Below, piece after piece: positions 46,803-56,383 of a stretch of DNA of 64,000 nucleotides. This stretch comes from a virus, in the IMG/VR virus record IMGVR_UViG_3300035698_010612, positions 3,252 to 67,251 of that record; one strand, 5' to 3'. A program made the position numbers and the translations under genes. Every line of letters begins with the position of its first letter. Position 1 is the first letter of the stretch. A model generated the notes under the pieces. That model was not told the origin of the DNA, searched no databases, and saw only the letters and a list, made by a program, of their open reading frames with translations.

Positions 46803-49012
46803 ACATTAGAAATTTAGTTGATATAAATTTAGGTGATGGTGACATCAAACATTATGCCACCGAAGACAGAGAGTTTCCTGTTTCAAGTCCCGTTTCTTAT
46901 GAGGGACGGCTAATCAGTTCTGGAACAATCGGTGTTTCATTGTCAGATATTTATTTCGGATCCAGGGTATTTGCAAATGCTACTATAACCCTCGATGACA
47001 CAGACGGAGGGATCAGGGCTATATGGAATGCTAATGAGATGCGGGGTAAAGCGGTAACGGTAAAAAGAGTTGATATTGATGCGGACTCGGTACTGGAATC
47101 ACATTATTTTACTATTAATACAGTTAAGTTTGCAGGTGTAAACAATAAAGTCAACATCGGATTAATGCCAGAGAATTTAGAACTGTTCAAACAGTTAATA
47201 CCCAAAGATAAAATTACAATTGACGATTACCCCAATGCCCTCGAAGCATCCCTGGGCTTACCGATCCCTATTGTTTTCGGTGCGGGTCATGAAAAGATAC
47301 CATGCCCTAATATCAATTATGATGATAGTGCCAGCGAGTGGGATTACCTTATCGGATATGGGATCATAAGCGACGTATCAAGCGTTTACAGATATCTTGG
47401 TGATAGAGAATGGCTTGTCGCTGAAAGTGAATATGACTTTTATGATGGCAGTCAGTCCGCACCCTATCCGGGGTTTGCTTTTATAAGATTCGACTCGCAG
47501 CAAGAAGATGCAAACGGTACTCGGTATAATATTTATTGTGATTGTGATGGCATAGAAAATGAGGGCTCATCCAGTTCCGGCAGCATGGACGGTGCATTAA
47601 AACAGTTACAACGGTTATTGACCGACGCTGAATTTGGGCTTGAACTTACCTGCAACAATACATCTTTCAATACCGCCCAGGCTATATTGGACGGATGGGG
47701 ATTGACAAGCAGGGCCTATATCGGGGAGCAGAAAAGTGCTAGTGAATGGATTGACCAGTTTTTAATGGTGGCTCGAATGGCACAGCTAAAGCAGGGATCA
47801 TCCGGTTATGAGGTAGAGATTGAAGCTTACAATGGAACGCCCGTTGCAACCTTTGATGAACATAATTTAAAGATTATATCAGACACCAAAAGACCTTATG
47901 TGGAGTACATATCAGCAGTTCATTTTAATTATGACCGGTCTGAATTTTTTAGAAAGTTTAATAAATTACTAAAGAAATATGTGGCTGCTACAACGAATAT
48001 ATTTAGCAACGACCCTCATTGTGTTGCTTTATACAGATTTGAAGAAGATGCGATTGGAATAGATTCTAAGCAAGGGAACAACCTTACTAATAGTGGTGCA
48101 ACGGTAGATACTGATTCCAGCGACGTAATGGAAGGCGAAGCATCAGCTTATTTCGCTGAATACGGCGATTATTTATATATATTACCTGCAAAACAAAGTT
48201 CTAATTTTCCATTCAAGGGGGGAACGACTAACACAAAGATGAGCCTTGCAGGATGGATTAAGCCTTACAATACAGGCGTGTTTGCAGGCTTGTCAGGCAA
48301 GGCTGGGATCTATAACAACTATATGTCATTCGGGATATACAAAGACACGGACGACAAATTAGTAGTAGAAGTGGGCGACGAAGACGGGGAGAGTGCCGAT
48401 GCTGTTTTTGGAGTAGCTTTCAACTGTGATGGAAATCATTGGTATCATATTGGAGTTACTATTGATGGAGTGACGGGTGCGTACCTAGTAAGGATATGGG
48501 ATGAAACAGCACAAGACTTTTTAGACACCGATGAAACGGGGACTTTTAGTGCATCTGCTTTTGTCTTACCTGTCAGAATGTCATACAGAACTTTTACGAT
48601 TGGGACTAACTACGCAGGCAATGCTGCCAACTGGCTCACTAGCTGGGCTGATGAACTTGCTTTGTTCAACGACATTTTAACCACCGCCGAAATAAATGAT
48701 ATACGTCAGGCTCAATACGGTTGGGATGATGTAGCAGGTATCATAAAAGAATACAATAGTTATTTTTGCTCCGACAGCACAACCGCTGCAAGGATCGCTG
48801 AATTTATTAGGAATAAATTTAAATATCAAGACAGGCAAATCAAGGGACTGGCCGGGATTGATGCAGCAAGTCTATTGAATGGAAACGTGCTTAGTCTTAC
48901 CAATAGTGCGTTGGGGTTATCATCGTCATTATATCAAATTCTCAACATATTAAAGAAGGCAAACGATTATGAAATTTTAGCGGGTGCGTATTCTCAAGAT
49001 ATATTTCTATAA
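46799..49012 (+). CDS. Baseplate hub/tail tip protein with inserted LamG-like domain
   Basis: GLPIPIVFG; internal LYRFE...WYHIGVT...DELALFN. Confidence 0.65.
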   Translation: MNIRNLVDINLGDGDIKHYATEDREFPVSSPVSYEGRLISSGTIGVSLSDIYFGSRVFANATITLDDTDGGIRAIWNANEMRGKAVTVKRVDIDADSVLESHYFTINTVKFAGVNNKVNIGLMPENLELFKQLIPKDKITIDDYPNALEASLGLPIPIVFGAGHEKIPCPNINYDDSASEWDYLIGYGIISDVSSVYRYLGDREWLVAESEYDFYDGSQSAPYPGFAFIRFDSQQEDANGTRYNIYCDCDGIENEGSSSSGSMDGALKQLQRLLTDAEFGLELTCNNTSFNTAQAILDGWGLTSRAYIGEQKSASEWIDQFLMVARMAQLKQGSSGYEVEIEAYNGTPVATFDEHNLKIISDTKRPYVEYISAVHFNYDRSEFFRKFNKLLKKYVAATTNIFSNDPHCVALYRFEEDAIGIDSKQGNNLTNSGATVDTDSSDVMEGEASAYFAEYGDYLYILPAKQSSNFPFKGGTTNTKMSLAGWIKPYNTGVFAGLSGKAGIYNNYMSFGIYKDTDDKLVVEVGDEDGESADAVFGVAFNCDGNHWYHIGVTIDGVTGAYLVRIWDETAQDFLDTDETGTFSASAFVLPVRMSYRTFTIGTNYAGNAANWLTSWADELALFNDILTTAEINDIRQAQYGWDDVAGIIKEYNSYFCSDSTTAARIAEFIRNKFKYQDRQIKGLAGIDAASLLNGNVLSLTNSALGLSSSLYQILNILKKANDYEILAGAYSQDIFL

Positions 49013-49027
49013 AACCAGGAGATCATC

Positions 49028-49567
49028 ATGAAAAAGACAGCTTTAATTACCATCCTTATCGGGATGGTTTTTGTTTGGGTGCTGTGTGCTTATGCACAGC
49101 TTGATACAGGAAGCTATACAACCAATAGTTATTTTTACCAACCTAGCTATGGTGATTATGGCAGTACCCATTATACAAAAAGAATGGCTGCTCTTGACGT
49201 GGCAGACAGGGGAATTAACGTCGGCAATTCGCTTTACTGGTCATTGGAATATCCGGTATCGGGTGATAATTTCGGGGCTAAACGAGTTCCAACGGCAGTA
49301 ACCATTACAAAGGTTATTGCCGTTTTGCAAGAAGATGCAAGTGCAACGGTTGACATTAATTTCAAGCATGGAACCGACAGAAGCGGAGCCGGTGAAGTCG
49401 ATTTATTTAGTGCCGACGAGGAAATCTCATCAAAGACAACGGGTGATGATTTTGATTCGTTTAACGATGCTACCCTGGCAGCCAATGAGTGGATATGGCT
49501 TGAAGTGACAGCAAATAGCGGAACGGTAGAAGCACTAGACGTAACCATTGAAGTGTCGGTTGATTAG
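49028..49567 (+). CDS. Signal-peptide tail-associated protein
   Basis: MKKTALITILIGMVFVWVLCAYA; beta-sandwich C-terminus. Confidence 0.65.
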   Translation: MKKTALITILIGMVFVWVLCAYAQLDTGSYTTNSYFYQPSYGDYGSTHYTKRMAALDVADRGINVGNSLYWSLEYPVSGDNFGAKRVPTAVTITKVIAVLQEDASATVDINFKHGTDRSGAGEVDLFSADEEISSKTTGDDFDSFNDATLAANEWIWLEVTANSGTVEALDVTIEVSVD

Positions 49568-49643
49568 GGAAATCAACATTTTTATTAACCATGTGTATTT
49601 AAAAGGCTCTGATTATTCAGGGTCTTTTTTTATGGGAGATGAA

Positions 49644-51623
49644 ATGAAAACCAAGATAATATTATTTACAGTGTTTGTGTGGTTGTTTGCAACAACGGGG
49701 TATTGCACCACTTATTATATGCAGGAAAGTGGCACAAATGCCGACCCTGATTGTTCTGAAAGTTCTGCTTGTTGTGCAAGTGCAATGGATATGCCAGACT
49801 TTAACGCTGCTACATTTGCTGGTGATGACATTATCTATGTTTGCGACGATGATGGAGTTTACCGTAGCCAGATGATTCCCCCCGACAGTGGTACGAGCGG
49901 GCATCAAATAACTGTCAAAAATGCTCCTGGGGACAGCCCCATTATAAATGGTGCTGATGATGTTACTGGTGTTAGTGGTAATTGGGCTGAACAAGGGGAC
50001 GGTATTTGGAGAAAGGATATTGGTTCCGTAGAACCATTTGCAGTTTTCTTTGATTCAACCCATGTCGGAGTTGAAGATGCTACACCCGACACAGAATATG
50101 AGTGGACGTATTCTGACCCTAATTTAGATGTTTACACATCGGCTGGGGACGATAACCCCGTAGACCATTATACTCTAATAGAAGCGACACAAAGAAATGT
50201 TGGGATTAGGTTAGATGATGATATAGATTTTATCACTTTTGATGGGCTTGAGATAGCGAACCACGGTGCAACTGATGTTGCTACGGGTGTCCCTGGTGCA
50301 ATTACTGATGCTTATGCCGAGACAACATTTGCCACTGATATTACCATTCAGAATTGTACGTTTACAAACAACATGGCTTCTATAACCATAAGGGAAGATA
50401 CCGCTGGCACGGGTAGCGATAGATGGTTAATCGACAACAATACTTTTACTGCTTGGGATGGTGCGGTAGGAATTTCTGTTGCTGGGCCGAGCAATATAAC
50501 TATTTCTAACAATACATTATCCGATTTTAAAAAGGGCATGTTCCTTACGGGGGTTGGTAGTAACATTACCATAGATACTAATACGGTGACTAGATATGCT
50601 CATTTTGGAATTGATTTTGAGCCTACTGGTGGTGACCACTTTACTGTTACTGATAATATAGTAAGGGAGCCAACCGGAAATTATGACGCATATGAATTAG
50701 CATTTTTATGTAGCCCTACGGATGTAACGATTACTGGCAATAGTTTTTACCAAGATGGAAGTGCTTATGGTGATAGTGGGATTATAGTTGATATGTATGA
50801 CGGTGGTCAAGCGACTATAACTGACAACTATGTTGAGGGTGCAAAATGTATGGGGATGTATATCCTTGGTGGTGATGGGCATACTATAAGCAATAATCAT
50901 TTTAAAGATTGTGGTGATGGTTGTCATAGTGGTACAGCGGGGCAACATGGACTAAGCGTTGCAAGTGCTAGTTGGCAAGCCGCAGACCGCACAGCAGAAA
51001 ATCATGTTGTATCCTATAACATATTTGATAATTGCTATAGTTCTATTTATTTAGTTGAAACCATAGTGGCTGCATCATCTGGTCATAAAGTTTATAATAA
51101 CACGATTGCTAATGCAATAGGGCAATATGGATTTAGAGCCTTTGGGGAGATTACGGGGGTTGAGTTTAAAAATAATATTATTACTGGCACCTCAGATAAA
51201 CTGATATGGATTGACCAATTTTTCATTGGTTCCATTACCTTGAACAATAACTGTTATGATGGTACTGGAACCTACAGGTGGGATCTTACATCTCATGCAA
51301 CCCTGGCACTTTATCAGACAGCTTCTAGTAAAGATGCAAACTCCAAAGAAGCAGACCCCCTCTTTGTTGATGCTGCTGGTGGGAATTTTGGGTTAAAATT
51401 TGGAAGTCCCTGTATAAATGCAGGAACGAATTTAGGGCCTCCATACAACGATGCTCTGGATCCCCGCGATTTGACTTTCCCTTATGATACCTTCGATCAA
51501 GATTTCTATGCTCCATGGGAAATTGGGGCGAAAGCATACATAAGAAGATATGACATTGGATTTGTTAAAGATGTTTTGCAGAACCTTACATTTTATAAAA
51601 CAGATGAAATCGTAAAAGAATAG
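49644..51623 (+). CDS. Signal-peptide parallel beta-helix protein (putative tailspike/receptor binding)
   Basis: MKTKIILFTVFVWLFATTGYC; PbH repeats; ADPLFVD...SPCINAG...EIGA. Confidence 0.75.
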   Translation: MKTKIILFTVFVWLFATTGYCTTYYMQESGTNADPDCSESSACCASAMDMPDFNAATFAGDDIIYVCDDDGVYRSQMIPPDSGTSGHQITVKNAPGDSPIINGADDVTGVSGNWAEQGDGIWRKDIGSVEPFAVFFDSTHVGVEDATPDTEYEWTYSDPNLDVYTSAGDDNPVDHYTLIEATQRNVGIRLDDDIDFITFDGLEIANHGATDVATGVPGAITDAYAETTFATDITIQNCTFTNNMASITIREDTAGTGSDRWLIDNNTFTAWDGAVGISVAGPSNITISNNTLSDFKKGMFLTGVGSNITIDTNTVTRYAHFGIDFEPTGGDHFTVTDNIVREPTGNYDAYELAFLCSPTDVTITGNSFYQDGSAYGDSGIIVDMYDGGQATITDNYVEGAKCMGMYILGGDGHTISNNHFKDCGDGCHSGTAGQHGLSVASASWQAADRTAENHVVSYNIFDNCYSSIYLVETIVAASSGHKVYNNTIANAIGQYGFRAFGEITGVEFKNNIITGTSDKLIWIDQFFIGSITLNNNCYDGTGTYRWDLTSHATLALYQTASSKDANSKEADPLFVDAAGGNFGLKFGSPCINAGTNLGPPYNDALDPRDLTFPYDTFDQDFYAPWEIGAKAYIRRYDIGFVKDVLQNLTFYKTDEIVKE

Positions 51624-51634
51624 GAGGTATAGTT

Positions 51635-52018
51635 ATGAAAAAAGCAATTGCCATAATTGCCATTGTTTTGTTTTTGTTGGTTCCTGCAGCAGCCTTCTCA
51701 GGTGTAAGCGTAACACAAACGATTGACGGGGCCCCCGGTGAAAGTGGAACATGGACTGATGCGATAACCACAGTGTTTAATAATACCGGTGCTTATGTTC
51801 CTGGCTATATTAATGTCAGTGTTTACGGTGCGACTTGGAGTGCAACGGTTACGCTGCAAAGGAAATTCAAAGCTGATGCGACCTGGTATGATGTGGATTC
51901 ATGGACTTCTAATGCACAGGCAGCACTTACCGATACCGAAAAGGGCGTGACTTATAGAATCGGTGTGAAATACGAGGAGTTTACCTCCGGCTCGGTTGCC
52001 GTGAGGTTAAGTAAATAA
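51635..52018 (+). CDS. Signal-peptide beta-sandwich protein
   Basis: MKKAIAIIAIVLFLLVPAAAFS; ATVTLQR, YRIGVK. Confidence 0.7.
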   Translation: MKKAIAIIAIVLFLLVPAAAFSGVSVTQTIDGAPGESGTWTDAITTVFNNTGAYVPGYINVSVYGATWSATVTLQRKFKADATWYDVDSWTSNAQAALTDTEKGVTYRIGVKYEEFTSGSVAVRLSK

Positions 52019-52040
52019 ACCTTTTTATGTGGAGGATGCT

Positions 52041-52427
52041 ATGAAAAAGATAGTTTTTTTATTATTTTTAATGCTGTTCTACGCCACTACTGCTATGGCA
52101 GGTGAAAAGACATTGCAATTCACCTGGGATCAAGATGTTCCGTCTGATATGGGCGGGTGGAAACTATATCAATCAATATCCCCGATGACAGACTGTAAAA
52201 TTGATGGCACAGAGGTAATGAACATTGTTTATACCGGGCAAACAGAATATCAGGCCACTCATCAGCTTACATCACCCGATGGACAGACAGCAACCTATTA
52301 CTGGCGGTTGACCGCTTATGATACATCTGCGAATGAGAGTGATTGTTCAAACGAAGTATCAAAGGCCATTGACTTTGAAACACCTGGAATACCGTTTAGT
52401 TTGGATGTGGTTATTATCGCTCAGTAG
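52041..52427 (+). CDS. Signal-peptide fibronectin type III protein
   Basis: MKKIVFLLFLMLFYATTAMA; TWD, GWKLY, YYWRLTAYD..NES..SNEV. Confidence 0.8.
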   Translation: MKKIVFLLFLMLFYATTAMAGEKTLQFTWDQDVPSDMGGWKLYQSISPMTDCKIDGTEVMNIVYTGQTEYQATHQLTSPDGQTATYYWRLTAYDTSANESDCSNEVSKAIDFETPGIPFSLDVVIIAQ

Positions 52428-52442
52428 GTTTTGTAGGACATA

Positions 52443-52482
52443 CCCCCCCTTAAATCGTTAGGGGGGGGGGCAAATCTGCCCC
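52443..52482. terminator. C7/G10 hairpin at the convergence of late and early operons
   Basis: CCCCCCC-TTAAATCGTTA-GGGGGGGGGG; alternative GGGGCA/TGCCCC stem. Confidence 0.5.
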
Positions 52483-52550
52483 AGGGGAGGACTTTATCTG
52501 CCAGGGCATACAATGTATTGAGGAAAGGCTTAAATCGAGGGGTTAGGGTG

Positions 52551-52766
52551 TTAAATTAACTTAGATTCTATTCTTTCTAGTTCGGTTCTGGCTTTTGCCT
52601 CAATTAGAAGAAGTACCTCAGAATAAGTACATATTCCATAGGGTGATTCTTGATCTTCGTGCAAAAAAGTTTCGAGTGCTTCAATTATTTTATTTCTGCG
52701 TTTTCCCCGCAATTGTCTTTCCCCTTCACTCATCGTTTTACTTTCCTTTTTTGGGAACCCGAACAT
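52551..52766 (-). CDS. Hypothetical protein
   Basis: ORF preceded by GGGGTGAG. Confidence 0.55.
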   Translation of the reverse strand: MFGFPKKESKTMSEGERQLRGKRRNKIIEALETFLHEDQESPYGICTYSEVLLLIEAKARTELERIESKLI

Positions 52767-52940
52767 ATTTCTCACCCCTAATTTGAAGGTTTATCAACCA
52801 GCCCCCGCCCCATTTCATCCTTTAATTTGTTACACCTTTTAATGGCGTTTTCTCTTATAATTTTTTCCCAGGTTGTCATCCCCAACTTAACAGCCATTTT
52901 ATACTTTAGATACTCCCACTCATATTTTTCTAATTGAAAT

Positions 52941-53261
52941 CTAAGTCTCATTTCCATCCTCTATACATCTAATAGCTACATTTGCGTCCTCATCTCCATC
53001 CTCCCCAACAGGATCCCGCACAACCCACTTTTCAACATCCCATTCAAAAAGGCGACCAACCGCTTTTAGTGCCATCTCGTTGGCATACTCTGTTTTGTTT
53101 TTGCCCTTTGGTACTTTTCCCATAGCATCAAAATAAGCATTAACATAAATGTGTTTTAACTCCTGTGGCATTGCCCTGATTTTGTGGGGTTTTGGTTCTT
53201 TGTGAGGAAACTTACTGTCTAAAGTAGCATCCTTTGATTTAAAATATTCTTCTTTCATCAA
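52941..53261 (-). CDS. ChaB-like protein
   Basis: MPQELKHIYVNAYFDA...ANEMALKAV resembles ChaB LP..A..IY..AFN.A...A...AW.AV. Confidence 0.45.
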   Translation of the reverse strand: MMKEEYFKSKDATLDSKFPHKEPKPHKIRAMPQELKHIYVNAYFDAMGKVPKGKNKTEYANEMALKAVGRLFEWDVEKWVVRDPVGEDGDEDANVAIRCIEDGNET

Positions 53262-53455
53262 CCAACCTCCGGTTTATTGTCAACGGGGTTAATGATTCAA
53301 CGACAATTAATAAATCTTTCTCTTACCCACTTATGATTGCACTCAGTACACCAAAATCGAAAGAATGGTTCTTCTAAATCGGTAATATCTAATATCCTAG
53401 TGCTTCCACATTTAGGGCATTCATCCATTGTCAACCTCTGTTGGGTAGATCATAA

Positions 53456-53662
53456 CTAACCCTTCAGTATTGTCAAAAAATATCCACAATTTATATCATA
53501 TCCACAATTTAATGCTTTCAGTTCGCCGTTGCAAAAAGCGTTATGCAATTCTTGATATGTTTGCTTGAACTTATCCTCATCTTCTCTGCCAAAGTATGCG
53601 GTTAAATATCCACCCTCGGAAAAAACCCATCTCATTCTCTCGTGTTTTTTGTTTGTTTCCAT
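53456..53662 (-). CDS. Hypothetical protein
   Basis: Small early gene. Confidence 0.55.
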   Translation of the reverse strand: METNKKHERMRWVFSEGGYLTAYFGREDEDKFKQTYQELHNAFCNGELKALNCGYDINCGYFLTILKG

Positions 53663-53689
53663 AACTATACATCTCACCCCTAATTCACC

Positions 53690-53905
53690 CTATAGTTTAT
53701 TAATTTTCTTAAAAGAATAGCCAAGCTCAAAATGCATTGCAGACTGATTGCTTATGGTTAGTTGATTCAAAATGTGAGCGATTCTCGCCCCCCGTTCAGG
53801 AGATGATGGAGTTTTCATTTCCCTATCAATTAATTTCTCGCATCGGAGAACTGCTTCGGTCAAAATCTTTAATGCTTTTTTGTATTCAGTTGCAGTTTTG
53901 CTCAT
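53690..53905 (-). CDS. Hypothetical protein
   Basis: Small early gene flanked by repeats. Confidence 0.55.
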   Translation of the reverse strand: MSKTATEYKKALKILTEAVLRCEKLIDREMKTPSSPERGARIAHILNQLTISNQSAMHFELGYSFKKINKL

Positions 53906-53978
53906 ACCAAATTCTTTTTTATTGTTCTCACCCCTAATTCGCCCCCCTGCAACGAAGTTATTGTATCCGCATATCTTT

Positions 53979-54149
53979 TTAATATTTATAAGGTATCTCA
54001 TAGTGATCAATCCTTACAACCTTCTTGTCATTGATAGCAGAAGCAATAGCCAATAGAGCATAGGCTATCTTTGAAACATCAGACCTTGACACGTTATCTA
54101 TTGCCTTTTTTGCGTCGTCTATTATCTCGCATGTCTTGTTTGTTTCCAT
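53979..54149 (-). CDS. Hypothetical protein
   Basis: Small early gene. Confidence 0.5.
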   Translation of the reverse strand: METNKTCEIIDDAKKAIDNVSRSDVSKIAYALLAIASAINDKKVVRIDHYEIPYKY

Positions 54150-54190
54150 ACCCTTTCCTCCCCCGCACACAACCTGCACACAACTAGATA

Positions 54191-54493
54191 TTATTTGGCA
54201 CTTCTTTCTTTGGTAGTGAACCAATGGCATCTTTCCCATTTTTCATCGTTTTCGTCTTTTCCCCACAAGAAACAACGAGACAGCTTAGCGGTCAATTCTT
54301 TCCCCGCGTCAATCTCTCTGTGTTGCTGTTCACAGGAAATTACTTTTGCTTTTACAACGCCCCGAAGGCATGAAACAAATTCACAGAAATAAAAGAAAGT
54401 AAAATTGTTTATGAGTTTCCTTATATAAATTGTGTCCCCTTTTTCAAACTCCGCTATTAACTTGTTTGTTAAATTAACCTTCCTCATAAACAC
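54191..54493 (-). CDS. Hypothetical protein
   Basis: 100-aa ORF. Confidence 0.6.
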   Translation of the reverse strand: MFMRKVNLTNKLIAEFEKGDTIYIRKLINNFTFFYFCEFVSCLRGVVKAKVISCEQQHREIDAGKELTAKLSRCFLWGKDENDEKWERCHWFTTKERSAK

Positions 54494-54835
54494 CTACCTT
54501 TTTATGTGCCTCATTTTGTAAACCTGTTTATACCGATTGGCTGTCTCGTAATTGTGCCAACCCCCCTTTTGTACCATCTTCCTCTTGCCACTTTTTAAAA
54601 GCTATCTGCTTATCAACTGTAGAAATATCAATGGAAGCAATTAGTTTATAAAATTCTTTTTCATTCTCAAACCCACATTCCTTAACGAGCTGCTCTAACA
54701 TAATTATTCCCTCCTCGATGTATTCCCCGGAACCTAGATATACTTCTCACCCCTAATTCACCCCTAGTTTTGTAGTTCATAAAATCAACACAATGTTGTT
54801 TGTGGCTCACAAATCACTATATGTTGTGCTTGGGG

Positions 54836-54866
54836 TGGTGGAGGCGGCGGGAGTCGAACCCGCGTC
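54836..54866 (-). other. attP core: 3' end of tmRNA (ssrA)
   Basis: Minus strand GACGCGGGTTCGACTCCCGCCGCCTCCACCA (T-arm plus CTCCACCA acceptor end); no 5' part; near integrase. Confidence 0.85.
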
Positions 54867-54954
54867 TTTATGGTCTAAGTCTTTGATTTTTCGACACCTG
54901 TTTTGAGACTCACCCCTAACTCACCCCTAAATTACCTAAACATGCTGCGAACAA

Positions 54955-55248
54955 CTAGGATTCCATCTTTGATATATCAACCCACTTGCCATTTATTAAA
55001 CGATGGTCTCCAAACACTTCCAACAGGCGATCTAACTTATTATCTATACTCTCAAGCATTTCATGGTTAAGTTTTTGCTCAACAGGTTTCTTCTTAACAA
55101 AGGGTTCTTTTGCCTCAGTCATAAAAGGGTTTCTCTCATCTGTGGCATGGAGATCATCAATAGAATCCTTAATCCCATCAATAAAATCTTTAATCCCCTC
55201 CCCTTGGTCATCTTCTACTAATGGTATTATTCTTCCGTCAGCGTCCAT
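54955..55248 (-). CDS. Hypothetical protein between int and attP
   Basis: SD AGGAGG. Confidence 0.6.
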   Translation of the reverse strand: MDADGRIIPLVEDDQGEGIKDFIDGIKDSIDDLHATDERNPFMTEAKEPFVKKKPVEQKLNHEMLESIDNKLDRLLEVFGDHRLINGKWVDISKMES

Positions 55249-55249
55249 C

Positions 55250-56383
55250 TCATACCTCCTTATTATTTGGTTTAACCTGAATTACTTTCCCACTCGGTTC
55301 AATGATCGACTGTGTTTCCTCGCTATGCGTATATTTAAGCGTGGTTCTGATGTCCTCATGTCTTAAGGCCTTCTTGACCGCATAGATATCTTTTGAATAT
55401 GCATAACCCTCAGTAGCCGAACTGTGCCTTGTCGCACCGTACAGACAAAGTTCCTTGCTATATCCTACCTTATCTCTCGCCTCATTAAACCGTTTTCTTA
55501 GCCAGGACTCACTTAACGGTCTACCCCTGTGGGTGAACACAAATGCTTTCGGGTGTCCTCTGCGTGGCCACAACATATCTTTGACAGTCGAATGCAGATG
55601 TATTGTAGCCTGGTTCCCTGTCTTAGTGGTTTCCCTAAACTCATTACCGGAGAAAGAGTTTTTTATGACAAGCTGGTTGCTGTCAAATAGTACGGTTTCC
55701 CATATCAAACCCCTGACCTCCCCCGTTCTTAGCCATTGTAACCGCATGGTGATGATGGCTTCCCTTGTGAGCTCGTCGGGGATCTTACTGATAATATTCT
55801 CAAAGACTTCCCATGAGCAAACCTTGCGGTATTTATAGCTAACCCGTTCCCACTTTGGCATAGTAGGCAATTGCTTAATCAATTCAATCCGGTGGAGATG
55901 TTTGATAAAACTCTTTAGCATAGACATGATGTTATTCCGGGTCTTGGGAGATCGGTCTTTTAAGCTGTTATGAAAATCATTAAGGCGGGATGCTGTTAAA
56001 TCCCTGACATCGATATTGTCAAATGTTGGAATAAAAAGCCTGGTTATTTTATTGTTATATTCTTTCCTGGTAGTGGGTGAAAGTCGATCTGAAATTTCAC
56101 TATACCATTTTAAAATAGCCTGATTAAATGTTAAATCCTGCAGCTTGATAGGATTATAATTGTTGGGGTCAAAAGTCCTGTTGGCAATCTGCGTTAAGGC
56201 ATTTGCCCTGACCCTGATAGCTTCACGTTCTGACTGTATTCTGAATCCACGTTCATTCCAGTTGATACAAAAAGAGTGTTTATGTGGACGAGAATAGACC
56301 TTGATCTCATATCCATCTTTAGTGTTTTTTCTGATCCCTCTCATGAGGGCAGTCATAGCACTTTGCATCGGTTCAGTCAACAT
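55250..56383 (-). CDS. int: Tyrosine integrase
   Basis: LRTGE, TKT, YGATRHS, LRH.DIRTT.KY catalytic motifs. Confidence 0.92.
   Translation of the reverse strand: MLTEPMQSAMTALMRGIRKNTKDGYEIKVYSRPHKHSFCINWNERGFRIQSEREAIRVRANALTQIANRTFDPNNYNPIKLQDLTFNQAILKWYSEISDRLSPTTRKEYNNKITRLFIPTFDNIDVRDLTASRLNDFHNSLKDRSPKTRNNIMSMLKSFIKHLHRIELIKQLPTMPKWERVSYKYRKVCSWEVFENIISKIPDELTREAIITMRLQWLRTGEVRGLIWETVLFDSNQLVIKNSFSGNEFRETTKTGNQATIHLHSTVKDMLWPRRGHPKAFVFTHRGRPLSESWLRKRFNEARDKVGYSKELCLYGATRHSSATEGYAYSKDIYAVKKALRHEDIRTTLKYTHSEETQSIIEPSGKVIQVKPNNKEV

Larger units (their letters stand above)
52771..54930. repeat. Five loci of YTCACCCCTAA repeats (integrase arm-type sites)
   Basis: 52771, 53673, 53927, 54746, 54909; the last two are tandem pairs flanking the att core. 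Confidence 0.75.

Noticed and set aside
43975-52427. Diversity-generating retroelement acting on tail proteins
   Set aside because: No reverse transcriptase and no adenine-variant TR/VR pair seen in the window
54836-54866. Complete tRNA or tmRNA gene
   Set aside because: Only the T-arm and 3' acceptor strand are present; it fits an att core
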